From assembly GCF_000025665.1 (NCBI RefSeq), contig NC_013926.1, positions 1,260,001 to 1,292,000 of the forward strand: a stretch of DNA of 32,000 nucleotides. Direction: 5' to 3'. This DNA is from Aciduliprofundum boonei T469 (GTDB lineage: Archaea > Thermoplasmatota > Thermoplasmata > Thermoplasmatales > Aciduliprofundaceae). Below, one piece after another: positions 16,460 through 24,364 of the stretch (within the stretch, counting starts at the first letter, position 1; every line of letters begins with the position of its first letter). The notes beneath the pieces are model-generated. The model saw only the letters and a program-made list of their open reading frames with translations. It made no database searches and had not been told where the DNA came from. Both the position numbers and the translations under genes were made by a program.

Positions 16460-19400
16460 TTAAGATTTTTTGCGAATCAAAATTGCTACAATCACTAGCA
16501 ACACTACAAGGACCATAGGAGAGAATTCAGGAATGGGTATATCAGATTCTGCGAGAGGGAAGTAATCTTTATGTTCGCTGCTTCCATCTAGTTGGTAGGG
16601 GTCATCTACAATTCCATCTCCGTCCCTATCCGGCTCTGTCCAGTCTGCCCAGTAATTTCCACAACCATCCTTGTACCACTTTATATAATAATCCCCAGAG
16701 TATTCAGTATCATCTCTAGCCTGAATATGCTCAGGGTCATATGTTCCATTGTTTCCATTGTTGAAGTAGAAAGAATTTTCCCAGATAAATATGTAGTGAT
16801 CTGCACTGGTGTTTATTCCGTAGCCCGTGTTATTCAGGAAAAGATTCTGGGTAATATTCAGATAAAAAATATCATCTGTACCAGGGAGAATCTTTATCCC
16901 GTCCCCTCCGTTGTAGATTATGTTGTTGTGGGTTATATTTAATCTCATCTTATATGTAGTCACGAGTTTTATTCCATCACCTGCGTTATACGATATGTCA
17001 TTGTGGGAAATGTAGTGTGTTAGGCCACCACTGTAGGGGTAAGCAAGAGATATACCATCTCCATTATTATGGGATATTTTGTTGTAAACTATATTTGCAT
17101 TCATATTATTAGGTATGTAGATACCCTCTCCCGAGTTGTTTATGATTGTGTTATTAGAGATCTCTCCCAATACATAGCTCCCATATATGCCTCTCGCTCC
17201 ATTATCGTGTATCTCATTGTTTGATATATATACGTCGATATTATAAAGGCAAATCCCCGTTTCATCATTTTTATAAACTTTGTTCTCTATGACATATGTT
17301 TTATCATCCCAGTAATAACCATTGTTTAATGATATTCCACACTTGTGGTTATAGGCAACAGTGTTTCCCTTTATGGTATTCTTTTCTCTGATATAATTCA
17401 TATAAATGCCTTCATAAGTGTTTTCCATGATTGTGTTGTTCAAGATCTGGAAATAATCAATACCATCATCCCCATATATACCTGCATAGTGATTGCTCGA
17501 AATGTTGTTAAAACTGATATTTAGATGAGATGATGAACTTGCATACAGGCCATCCTTCCCATTATACAATAAGGTGGAATTCGTTAGGGAGACATAGGAA
17601 CTATGGCCCATATACACGCCCCATTCACCGTTGTGAGTTGCTAATATTCTCAGAATATCTACATATGTAGAATTCCAAAGGGAAACTCCTCGGTTGCCAT
17701 TGGAGGAAATATTGGAATCTCTTACTGTGATATCACTGCTCTCTATTATATTGATTCCGTGGCCTGTGTTGTTAGTGATATTGACAGCTTCAACAGTAAT
17801 ATTATCAGAGTCTTCTAAATATCCACCATCGCCATTGTTCACCATTGTGATAAAACCTACTGTGGACCTGGATGTATTGAGCATATATATTCCAAGATCA
17901 TTGTTGGAATAAAGAGAATCCTTGATATATACATAGGTTGATCTTTGAATCTTCGTCCCTATAGTGTTGTTGATGAATGTATTGTCATACACAGTTGCTA
18001 AATAACTGCTAAATAAGAAAAGTCCATAGGAAGAGCTATTTTCTATTCTATTTCCATTGATATGGAGATACTTAGAACTGTTAATCTCAAGATAGGTGCC
18101 GTTGATGCGGTTTCTGTAGATATCTAAGGAGGAATTGTCGATAATACTTCCCATATCCATAATCATATTATCTTCCAATACTGAGTTCTTCACATATGCG
18201 AAGGTCATAGAGAATTCGGAGCTCTTGGATATTGTGTTCCCAACTACAGATGCACTGCTGGAATACTGCACATCCAAAGCAAGACGGTTATACGTGAGTT
18301 GATTCCCTTCTATTTTTGTGTAATTTGAAAAATAATTTCCTATGCCTATAGAACTATGCTCTAAGGCATTTCCATGGACGCTCGCATTATCAGAATGAGA
18401 TAAATCTATCCCGTAAGAGAGCCACGAGCATAGATTATCACGGATATCAAGATGATCAGAGTTCTTGGCGTAAACTCCATCTCTAGTAAAGGCAGAACCA
18501 TCTCCAAGGCATGTATTATTGCTTACAGTATTGCCGTTTGAATTATCTAGGTGAATTGATTCATATGCTTTCTTTATACTATTAGCCGATATCTTGTTGG
18601 AATCTGAATTATAGAGGTATACTCCATACATATTCCCACTTAAGGTGTTATTATCAACAATATTTGAGGATGACGAAGCCAGATAAATTCCTTTATCGCT
18701 GTTGGAACTTATGTCGTTCTCTTTTATGATTATATTCCTGCTTCTTGAAAGGAATATTCCCATATCCCCCTCGGATATATTGTTGTTGTATATGGTCGAT
18801 GTATAAATAGATTGGAAGAGATATATCCCGGTGCTTACATTGGCGAGTTTATTCTTGTAAATATGTAAATATCTTGCAGAGTCCAAGTATATTCCTTGGT
18901 TAGCGAAATTCTTAATAGTGTTATTTGCTACATACGAATTATCAGCACCATTAATATAAATCCCAGCCCCCTCTATTGTATTTCCATCTATCTTAACTTC
19001 ACTTCCACCGGAGATCTTTATTCCTTCATCTGTTAAAGTATTGCCTGTGGCGCTTATGGAAGAATCCTTGGCGTAAATTCCGTTGTATCCGTTAGATTGC
19101 ATTGTACTACCTGTAATTAATATATTGCTGGAATCTTCAATATAAATTCCATATCTGGTATTATCCGTGGCCTGCACATTCTCTATCACGCCGTTTTTTG
19201 CATTATAGAGCTTTATACCTGAGCCAATATAGAAAAATCCACTGGAAGCCTTGGCATTCTTTACCCAGCAATTCTGAATCTTGAAATATTTGGTGGTATT
19301 ACCTATATAAATTCCAGATTTCCGATTAGAAGCGTCTATTTCCCATCCTGAAATTATATAGGGGTCATCTTCTGTTCCACTTCCCCCACTTACCCCATGT

Positions 19401-19552
19401 GCAGAGTCAAAATCATCGTCACTGTCTATTATTATTGGGTCTCTAAGAGCATATCCCAAGTCCTCACCAAGCGCTGAATATGGCACTATAGTAGAGAATA
19501 TCACTAAAATCCCGAATAATATAACACCTGCTTTCATTACGCCCCTCCCCAT
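16460..19552 (-). CDS. Large secreted parallel beta-helix (PbH1/NosD-like repeat) surface protein with PEF-type C-terminal sorting signal
   Basis: The 1030-aa ORF has an N-terminal signal/anchor (MKAGVILFGILVIFSTIVPYSALG) and a GSGTEDDPYII cap. Dozens of 22-23-aa repeats of the type N.I..N...GIYL..S..N.I follow. The C-terminus has DRDGDGIVDDPY and then IPIPEFSPMVLVVLLVIVAILIRKKS (motif, TM helix, basic tail). I counted about 30 N-x-S/T sequons by hand. Confidence 0.8.
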   Translation of the reverse strand: MGRGVMKAGVILFGILVIFSTIVPYSALGEDLGYALRDPIIIDSDDDFDSAHGVSGGSGTEDDPYIISGWEIDASNRKSGIYIGNTTKYFKIQNCWVKNAKASSGFFYIGSGIKLYNAKNGVIENVQATDNTRYGIYIEDSSNILITGSTMQSNGYNGIYAKDSSISATGNTLTDEGIKISGGSEVKIDGNTIEGAGIYINGADNSYVANNTIKNFANQGIYLDSARYLHIYKNKLANVSTGIYLFQSIYTSTIYNNNISEGDMGIFLSRSRNIIIKENDISSNSDKGIYLASSSSNIVDNNTLSGNMYGVYLYNSDSNKISANSIKKAYESIHLDNSNGNTVSNNTCLGDGSAFTRDGVYAKNSDHLDIRDNLCSWLSYGIDLSHSDNASVHGNALEHSSIGIGNYFSNYTKIEGNQLTYNRLALDVQYSSSASVVGNTISKSSEFSMTFAYVKNSVLEDNMIMDMGSIIDNSSLDIYRNRINGTYLEINSSKYLHINGNRIENSSSYGLFLFSSYLATVYDNTFINNTIGTKIQRSTYVYIKDSLYSNNDLGIYMLNTSRSTVGFITMVNNGDGGYLEDSDNITVEAVNITNNTGHGINIIESSDITVRDSNISSNGNRGVSLWNSTYVDILRILATHNGEWGVYMGHSSYVSLTNSTLLYNGKDGLYASSSSHLNISFNNISSNHYAGIYGDDGIDYFQILNNTIMENTYEGIYMNYIREKNTIKGNTVAYNHKCGISLNNGYYWDDKTYVIENKVYKNDETGICLYNIDVYISNNEIHDNGARGIYGSYVLGEISNNTIINNSGEGIYIPNNMNANIVYNKISHNNGDGISLAYPYSGGLTHYISHNDISYNAGDGIKLVTTYKMRLNITHNNIIYNGGDGIKILPGTDDIFYLNITQNLFLNNTGYGINTSADHYIFIWENSFYFNNGNNGTYDPEHIQARDDTEYSGDYYIKWYKDGCGNYWADWTEPDRDGDGIVDDPYQLDGSSEHKDYFPLAESDIPIPEFSPMVLVVLLVIVAILIRKKS
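16780..19330 (-). repeat. Tandem degenerate coding repeats of about 66-69 nt (PbH1 beta-helix turns)
   Basis: The periodicity is seen at protein level throughout residues 75-925 of the 1030-aa ORF. The DNA copies are diverged, and the coordinates are approximate. Confidence 0.55.
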
Positions 19553-19624
19553 CCCTATATCACTCGGGTATTATATAATATTTTCTCATTCTAAAAAATT
19601 TTTAGCCATTGATCCTTATTATGC

Positions 19625-19630
19625 AAAAAA
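19625..19630 (-). terminator. Oligo-T tract downstream of the NERD gene
   Basis: A T6 run on the minus strand lies 8-13 nt after the stop at 19638. A second T6 (plus-strand A run 19593-19598) follows. Confidence 0.35.
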
Positions 19631-19637
19631 CAATGCG

Positions 19638-20393
19638 CTAAATTAATTTGCTAATCTCTTTGTATATATTTTTACACTCCTTATCCGTAAGCTCATTTTT
19701 CTTGTTGAGCAATATCCTTAACTCTTGAGGTTTGATAACTCTAACCGAGCATCTCTCACACCGAAGTATAGATTCAGAATGCGTGATAACGACTACGGGG
19801 TATACTATAACATCAAACCCTTTCGTATTTAGATAATTCTGCAAATCAAGGGCATGTCTCTTTGCCTCCTCGGAGGGTTTGCCAACATGCCCTTCGTATT
19901 TACCTCCCCCTTTTCCAATTTTAATTCTTTTCCATTCATCTCCTTCGCACTCAACTATGCCCGAATAATTTTTAACCTCAAATGCAAAAATACCTTTATT
20001 ACTAATAAGAAGAGCATCAATATCACCACCATGGGGTAAAGGCAAGCTGTAGAATTTATAACCCCTGAGCTTATCCAGATATTTCCTGAATAATTTCTCA
20101 CCCTCTACTCCCATACTGAATTTTCTTTCATCCTTGGAAGGTTTAAAATAATGAAGCATTAAGGCAAAAAATATCAGGGCAAGAAGAAGGAGAAGGAGAA
20201 CTGCAAGAAAAGGTATATTGAATCCGATCTTTAATCCTCCTGAAAAATGATTTAGAATAAATATTTCTCCAAGCATCGCAAATGTGAATAAAATAGCTGA
20301 TTTTAATATATTCATTCTTCTCTTTTTTCTTAGCCTTCGTAACTGCTCTTCGGGATAACTCTTACCCATTGAAAGCCCATAAACATTATTCAT
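19638..20393 (-). CDS. Membrane-anchored NERD (nuclease-related domain) protein
   Basis: The 251-aa ORF has two N-terminal hydrophobic helices (ILKSAILFTFAMLGEIFILNHF and IPFLAVLLLLLLALIFFALMLHYF). A NERD core follows, with GVEGEKLF, GGDIDALLISNKGIFAFEVKNYSG (a D...E-x-K signature) and PSEEAKRHA. Confidence 0.75.
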   Translation of the reverse strand: MNNVYGLSMGKSYPEEQLRRLRKKRRMNILKSAILFTFAMLGEIFILNHFSGGLKIGFNIPFLAVLLLLLLALIFFALMLHYFKPSKDERKFSMGVEGEKLFRKYLDKLRGYKFYSLPLPHGGDIDALLISNKGIFAFEVKNYSGIVECEGDEWKRIKIGKGGGKYEGHVGKPSEEAKRHALDLQNYLNTKGFDVIVYPVVVITHSESILRCERCSVRVIKPQELRILLNKKNELTDKECKNIYKEISKLI

Positions 20394-20412
20394 ATAAACT
20401 TTCTTAGAAAGA

Positions 20413-20421
20413 TTTTATAAA
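20413..20421. promoter_or_regulatory. Shared near-palindromic TATA element for the divergent NERD and nitrilase genes
   Basis: ATTTTATAAAT is the only TATA-like element between the divergent starts at 20393 (-) and 20424/20454 (+). An adjacent 6-1-6 inverted repeat, CTTTCT-t-AGAAAG, lies at 20399-20411. Confidence 0.35.
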
Positions 20422-20423
20422 TC

Positions 20424-21296
20424 ATGAATTCATATAATCTCCTGGGTATAGAAATGGTTAGAATATGTGCGGTTCAAATGAATGTCGTTCATAATGATGT
20501 CCCAAAGAATCACAAAAAAGCAAAAAACTATGTGGTTCAAGCAGGAGATAAAGAATGTGATTTTTTAGTTTTTCCAGAGATATTCTTAGAAGGAGTAATA
20601 AGAGACATAGGCTCTCTAAATAAGCTTGCTAGACCGATACCTGGAGAATATACTGATTGGTTTACGAAATACGCAGAGGAATATGGGATGCATATTGTAA
20701 TGGGATCAATTCATGAAAAGACTGTGGATGGCTTTTATAATACTTCTGTGCTAATAGATGATAAAGGAAATATCGTTGGAAAGTATCGTAAGAACTTTCT
20801 TTGGGCCTCTGAAAATAAATTCCTAAAACCCTCAAAAGAGAGACCAGTTTTTGATACTAAATTTGGTAAAGTTGGGATAAATATTTGCTGGGATTTTGCA
20901 TTTCCTGAGGTTGCCAACACTATAGCTAGAAAAGGTGCCAAAATATTATTTGGACCTTCTTTTTGGTCCTTGGAGGACAAATATGGAATGGCAAAAAATA
21001 GCAGTACCTTAGAGAAGTTAAGTAATGTTGAGCCAGAACCACAATTTGTAGATACTTTAGTTTCGGCTAGAGCCTATGAAAATGAAATGCTTGTAGTATA
21101 TGTAAATCCATATGGAAAATATAATCTTGGTAATTATGAAATTAATTTATTTGGTCATACACAACTTGCAATGCCATTTTTTGGTACTTTCGCTAAAATG
21201 CATGATGATGAGGGAATGTTAGTGGTGGACGCTAATACTGAATGGCTGGATATGGCGGAGGAAGTGTACGCAATAAGAAAAACATATAACGATTAG
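20424..21296 (+). CDS. Carbon-nitrogen hydrolase (nitrilase superfamily)
   Basis: The Glu-Lys-Cys triad contexts are LVFPEIF, GKYRKNFLW and GINICWDFAFPE. The start is probably ATG 20454 (MVRICAVQMN), about 35 nt after the TATA element. Confidence 0.85.
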   Translation: MNSYNLLGIEMVRICAVQMNVVHNDVPKNHKKAKNYVVQAGDKECDFLVFPEIFLEGVIRDIGSLNKLARPIPGEYTDWFTKYAEEYGMHIVMGSIHEKTVDGFYNTSVLIDDKGNIVGKYRKNFLWASENKFLKPSKERPVFDTKFGKVGINICWDFAFPEVANTIARKGAKILFGPSFWSLEDKYGMAKNSSTLEKLSNVEPEPQFVDTLVSARAYENEMLVVYVNPYGKYNLGNYEINLFGHTQLAMPFFGTFAKMHDDEGMLVVDANTEWLDMAEEVYAIRKTYND

Positions 21297-22306
21297 AGAC
21301 CAGCAAGCCATAAAATCTCAATTTTGAGTGCCTTTAAAAACATCTCTCTATTCTCCTGAGAGTAATAAGTATTTATTTCTGGATGAAAACCAAACAATAT
21401 AACTCTGCCTGAATGGTACATAAATTTAATTGCTGCTGGTTTATGTATCTTATCATATATCGCCAAAACCTTTACATTATTAGTTGGTGTAAAATACGGA
21501 CCGCCCCAATATGTAACGTTGAAAATTTCACCGTTATACCAAGTTATATTTGTAGGATACTGAGGATTGTATGTTGAATTTAGATCATAATTGCCAATTT
21601 CCTTAATTGGGCCAACTGCATCTCCAGAATAAAGATCCAGTATATATCCTGCATTATCACCATATTTTATACCATTCCATACGGTATAATTACTAGCAAA
21701 ATAAGCTCCTGCACAAATACCCATATAAGAGCCGCCTTGTGAGACATACTCTCTTAGAGTATCTATTTGCTGCCTAGAGAGACCCATTATCATATGATCT
21801 GCTCTACCCCCGGGAAATGCTATAATATCGAACTTAAATAAATCATATAATTTATTAAAATTTTCAGCGATTAAAAATTGGGTATCAAATCCCATATTTA
21901 CAAGAAGAGAACTAAGCATTCTATAACTTCCAGTATCTGCCCCATATCCTGCATATATACCTGCAGAGAGCGATACATTATGAATCTTACTTAGCTCTAC
22001 ACAATAGGTGGCAAAATCTTTTCCATCTTTATATTCTAATATTCTCATATGTCCTTTACTTATATGGGGAACTACTAACTTGTGGAGCATATGAGATGAG
22101 TTCTCAGTGTAATTAATTCCATTAATTTCTATCTCTCCTATCGTTGATTCATTTGAGCTCCATCTAACAAACATTTTATCCCTAATTATCGTAACCCTAA
22201 AATTCGGAGGTTCACTTATTGGATTTGAGCTCATGATAAGATAATAAAATGCAACTATAATGACAACGATTATGACTACAACTGCAAAAATCTTAACATC
22301 TCTCAT
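21293..22306 (-). CDS. N-terminally membrane-anchored class I glutamine-amidotransferase-like (BPL_N-type) hydrolase, probably extracytoplasmic
   Basis: The 337-aa ORF has an N-terminal TM segment ([25 protein letters not shown]). The nucleophile-elbow motif is GGSYMGICAGAYFAS, preceded by FPGG, with a downstream FGFHPE (His-Pro-Glu) triad motif. It carries 8 N-x-S/T sequons. Its start overlaps the oppF stop by 4 nt. Confidence 0.6.
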   Translation of the reverse strand: MRDVKIFAVVVIIVVIIVAFYYLIMSSNPISEPPNFRVTIIRDKMFVRWSSNESTIGEIEINGINYTENSSHMLHKLVVPHISKGHMRILEYKDGKDFATYCVELSKIHNVSLSAGIYAGYGADTGSYRMLSSLLVNMGFDTQFLIAENFNKLYDLFKFDIIAFPGGRADHMIMGLSRQQIDTLREYVSQGGSYMGICAGAYFASNYTVWNGIKYGDNAGYILDLYSGDAVGPIKEIGNYDLNSTYNPQYPTNITWYNGEIFNVTYWGGPYFTPTNNVKVLAIYDKIHKPAAIKFMYHSGRVILFGFHPEINTYYSQENREMFLKALKIEILWLAGL

Positions 22307-23430
22307 TTATAAGCACCTTCCACATATTTCCAGCATGCAACTAAATGTCCATTTCCCACATCTACTAATGGCGGCGCTTTTTTCTTGCAAATCTCCTTTG
22401 CATAAGGACAACGCGTATGGAACTTGCATCCAGGAGGCGGATTTCTTGGACTTGGTATAGAGCCATATAAAGGCTTAATTGATCCTTTCTTATCAGGGTC
22501 AGGATATGGAATAGATTCCAAGAGCGCTCTAGTATATGGATGCTTCATGTCTTCAAATATTTGTGTAGTAGTGCCTAGTTCCACTATACTGCCCAGATAC
22601 ATAACGGCAATTTTATCACTTATGTACTCTACTACCCCTAAATCATGGGATATAAATAGATATGTCAAATTCATCTCTTTCTGAAGATCCTGCATAAGAT
22701 CTAAAATTTGTGCTTGCACAGATACATCCAAAGCTGAAGTAGGTTCATCCATTACAATAAATTTTGGATTAAGAGCTAATGCTCTTGCAATTGATGCTCT
22801 TTGCAACTCCCCTCCAGAGAGTTGATGTGGAAATCTTCTAAGATGTCTTTTTGCTAAACCACATTTTTCCATAAGCTCTAGAACATATTCATCTATATCT
22901 TTATTAGACAATTTATGATTATGAGTTTTAAGGATAACTCCTATGTTGTCCCTCATATTCATTCTCGGATTAAAAGAAGTGTATGGATCCTGAAAAACTA
23001 CTTGCATTTTCATTCTAATATTTAGCATATCTTTCTTGCTTTTCTTTCTCAAATTGTATTTTTCTTTTAATTCTTTTAATCTTTTTTTATCTCTTTCATT
23101 CAGATTCCTTTTGGCTTCCAGCATTTTTATCTCTTCCATAATCTTAGGAGAAGCATCAAATATAATCTCTCCATCAGTAGGCTCTATAAGTCTCAGAATA
23201 GAGAGGCCCATGGTAGTTTTTCCACTACCAGATTCTCCTACAACTCCAAAGGTCTCAGATTTATTGATATCAAAACTTACACCATCAACTGCCTTAACAT
23301 AACCTACAACTTTTTGCATCACCCCTGATTTTATTGGAAAGTATTTTTTAAGATTCCTCACCAATAAAAGTGGATGGCTAATCTCCCTCACCTCCATAAA
23401 GCCAACAGGCCACATGATGATTTCCCCCAA
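22303..23430 (-). CDS. oppF: Oligopeptide/dipeptide ABC transporter ATP-binding protein (OppF-type)
   Basis: It has Walker [10 protein letters not shown], signature LSGGELQRA and Walker [13 protein letters not shown]. The C-terminal oligopeptide-transporter domain contains [18 protein letters not shown]. The start may be ATG 23397, which reduces the overlap with oppD. Confidence 0.9.
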   Translation of the reverse strand: MGEIIMWPVGFMEVREISHPLLLVRNLKKYFPIKSGVMQKVVGYVKAVDGVSFDINKSETFGVVGESGSGKTTMGLSILRLIEPTDGEIIFDASPKIMEEIKMLEAKRNLNERDKKRLKELKEKYNLRKKSKKDMLNIRMKMQVVFQDPYTSFNPRMNMRDNIGVILKTHNHKLSNKDIDEYVLELMEKCGLAKRHLRRFPHQLSGGELQRASIARALALNPKFIVMDEPTSALDVSVQAQILDLMQDLQKEMNLTYLFISHDLGVVEYISDKIAVMYLGSIVELGTTTQIFEDMKHPYTRALLESIPYPDPDKKGSIKPLYGSIPSPRNPPPGCKFHTRCPYAKEICKKKAPPLVDVGNGHLVACWKYVEGAYK

Positions 23431-24364
23431 CTTTCACCATTTTTGGTTTCTCTTTTTTACAGATCTCCATTGCATATTGGCATCTAGGATGGAATCTACA
23501 GCCTGGTGGTGGATCGAGATAGTTTGGCACAGAACCTTTTATGGATGGCAGGGGCTTGCCTTTATGCTCAGGTCTAGGTATAGCACCCATCAATCCTAAG
23601 GTGTATGGATGTTTTGGATCCTTTAATATATTGTATGTACTCCCATAAGCCACAACACTTCCTGCATACATAACACCTATTCTATCACATAACTGTGCAA
23701 CAACCCCAAGGTCATGGGTTATAAAAAGCACTGACATTCCAAGCTTCTCTTGAAGCTCTTTAATCAATTTGAGTATCTGGGCCTGAATAGTTACATCCAA
23801 TGCAGTAGTTGGCTCGTCTGCTATTAACAGCTTTGGTTTAGAGGATATGGCCATGGCAATCATAACCCTCTGTGCCATACCTCCAGACAATTCAAATGGA
23901 TATGATTCCAAAACTCTTTCTGGATCCGGCATATTCACAATTTTTAAAAGCTTAAAAGCTTTGTCTAAAGCAGTTTCTTTATCCACTCCCTGATTGTTCA
24001 TAATCACATTTATCATTTGATCCTTTACTTTAAAAACGGGATTTAAAGATCCTATGGGATTCTGAAAAATCATAGATATTTCCTTTCCTCTTATTTTATT
24101 AAGTTCTTCTTCAGAGATTTTTAGTATATTCTTTCCATTGAACATTATCTTCCCAGCTTTTATGTGGGCATTGCTTGCAACTAGTCCCATTATTAATCTA
24201 GAGGTCACACTTTTCCCACATCCCGATTCTCCGACTACTCCAAATATCTCACCCCTCCTTATTTGAAAATTAACATCATCTAAAACATGCAATACTCCCT
24301 CATAGGTATAAAAGTCAACCGTCAAGTTTTCCACAGAGAGTATCACATCTTCCATTTTACTCAC
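23378..24364 (-). CDS. oppD: Oligopeptide/dipeptide ABC transporter ATP-binding protein (OppD-type)
   Basis: It has Walker A GESGCGKS, signature LSGGMAQRV, Walker B LLIADEPTTALD and a C-terminal PPPGCRFHPRCQYAMEIC. Confidence 0.9.
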   Translation of the reverse strand: MSKMEDVILSVENLTVDFYTYEGVLHVLDDVNFQIRRGEIFGVVGESGCGKSVTSRLIMGLVASNAHIKAGKIMFNGKNILKISEEELNKIRGKEISMIFQNPIGSLNPVFKVKDQMINVIMNNQGVDKETALDKAFKLLKIVNMPDPERVLESYPFELSGGMAQRVMIAMAISSKPKLLIADEPTTALDVTIQAQILKLIKELQEKLGMSVLFITHDLGVVAQLCDRIGVMYAGSVVAYGSTYNILKDPKHPYTLGLMGAIPRPEHKGKPLPSIKGSVPNYLDPPPGCRFHPRCQYAMEICKKEKPKMVKVGGNHHVACWLYGGEGD

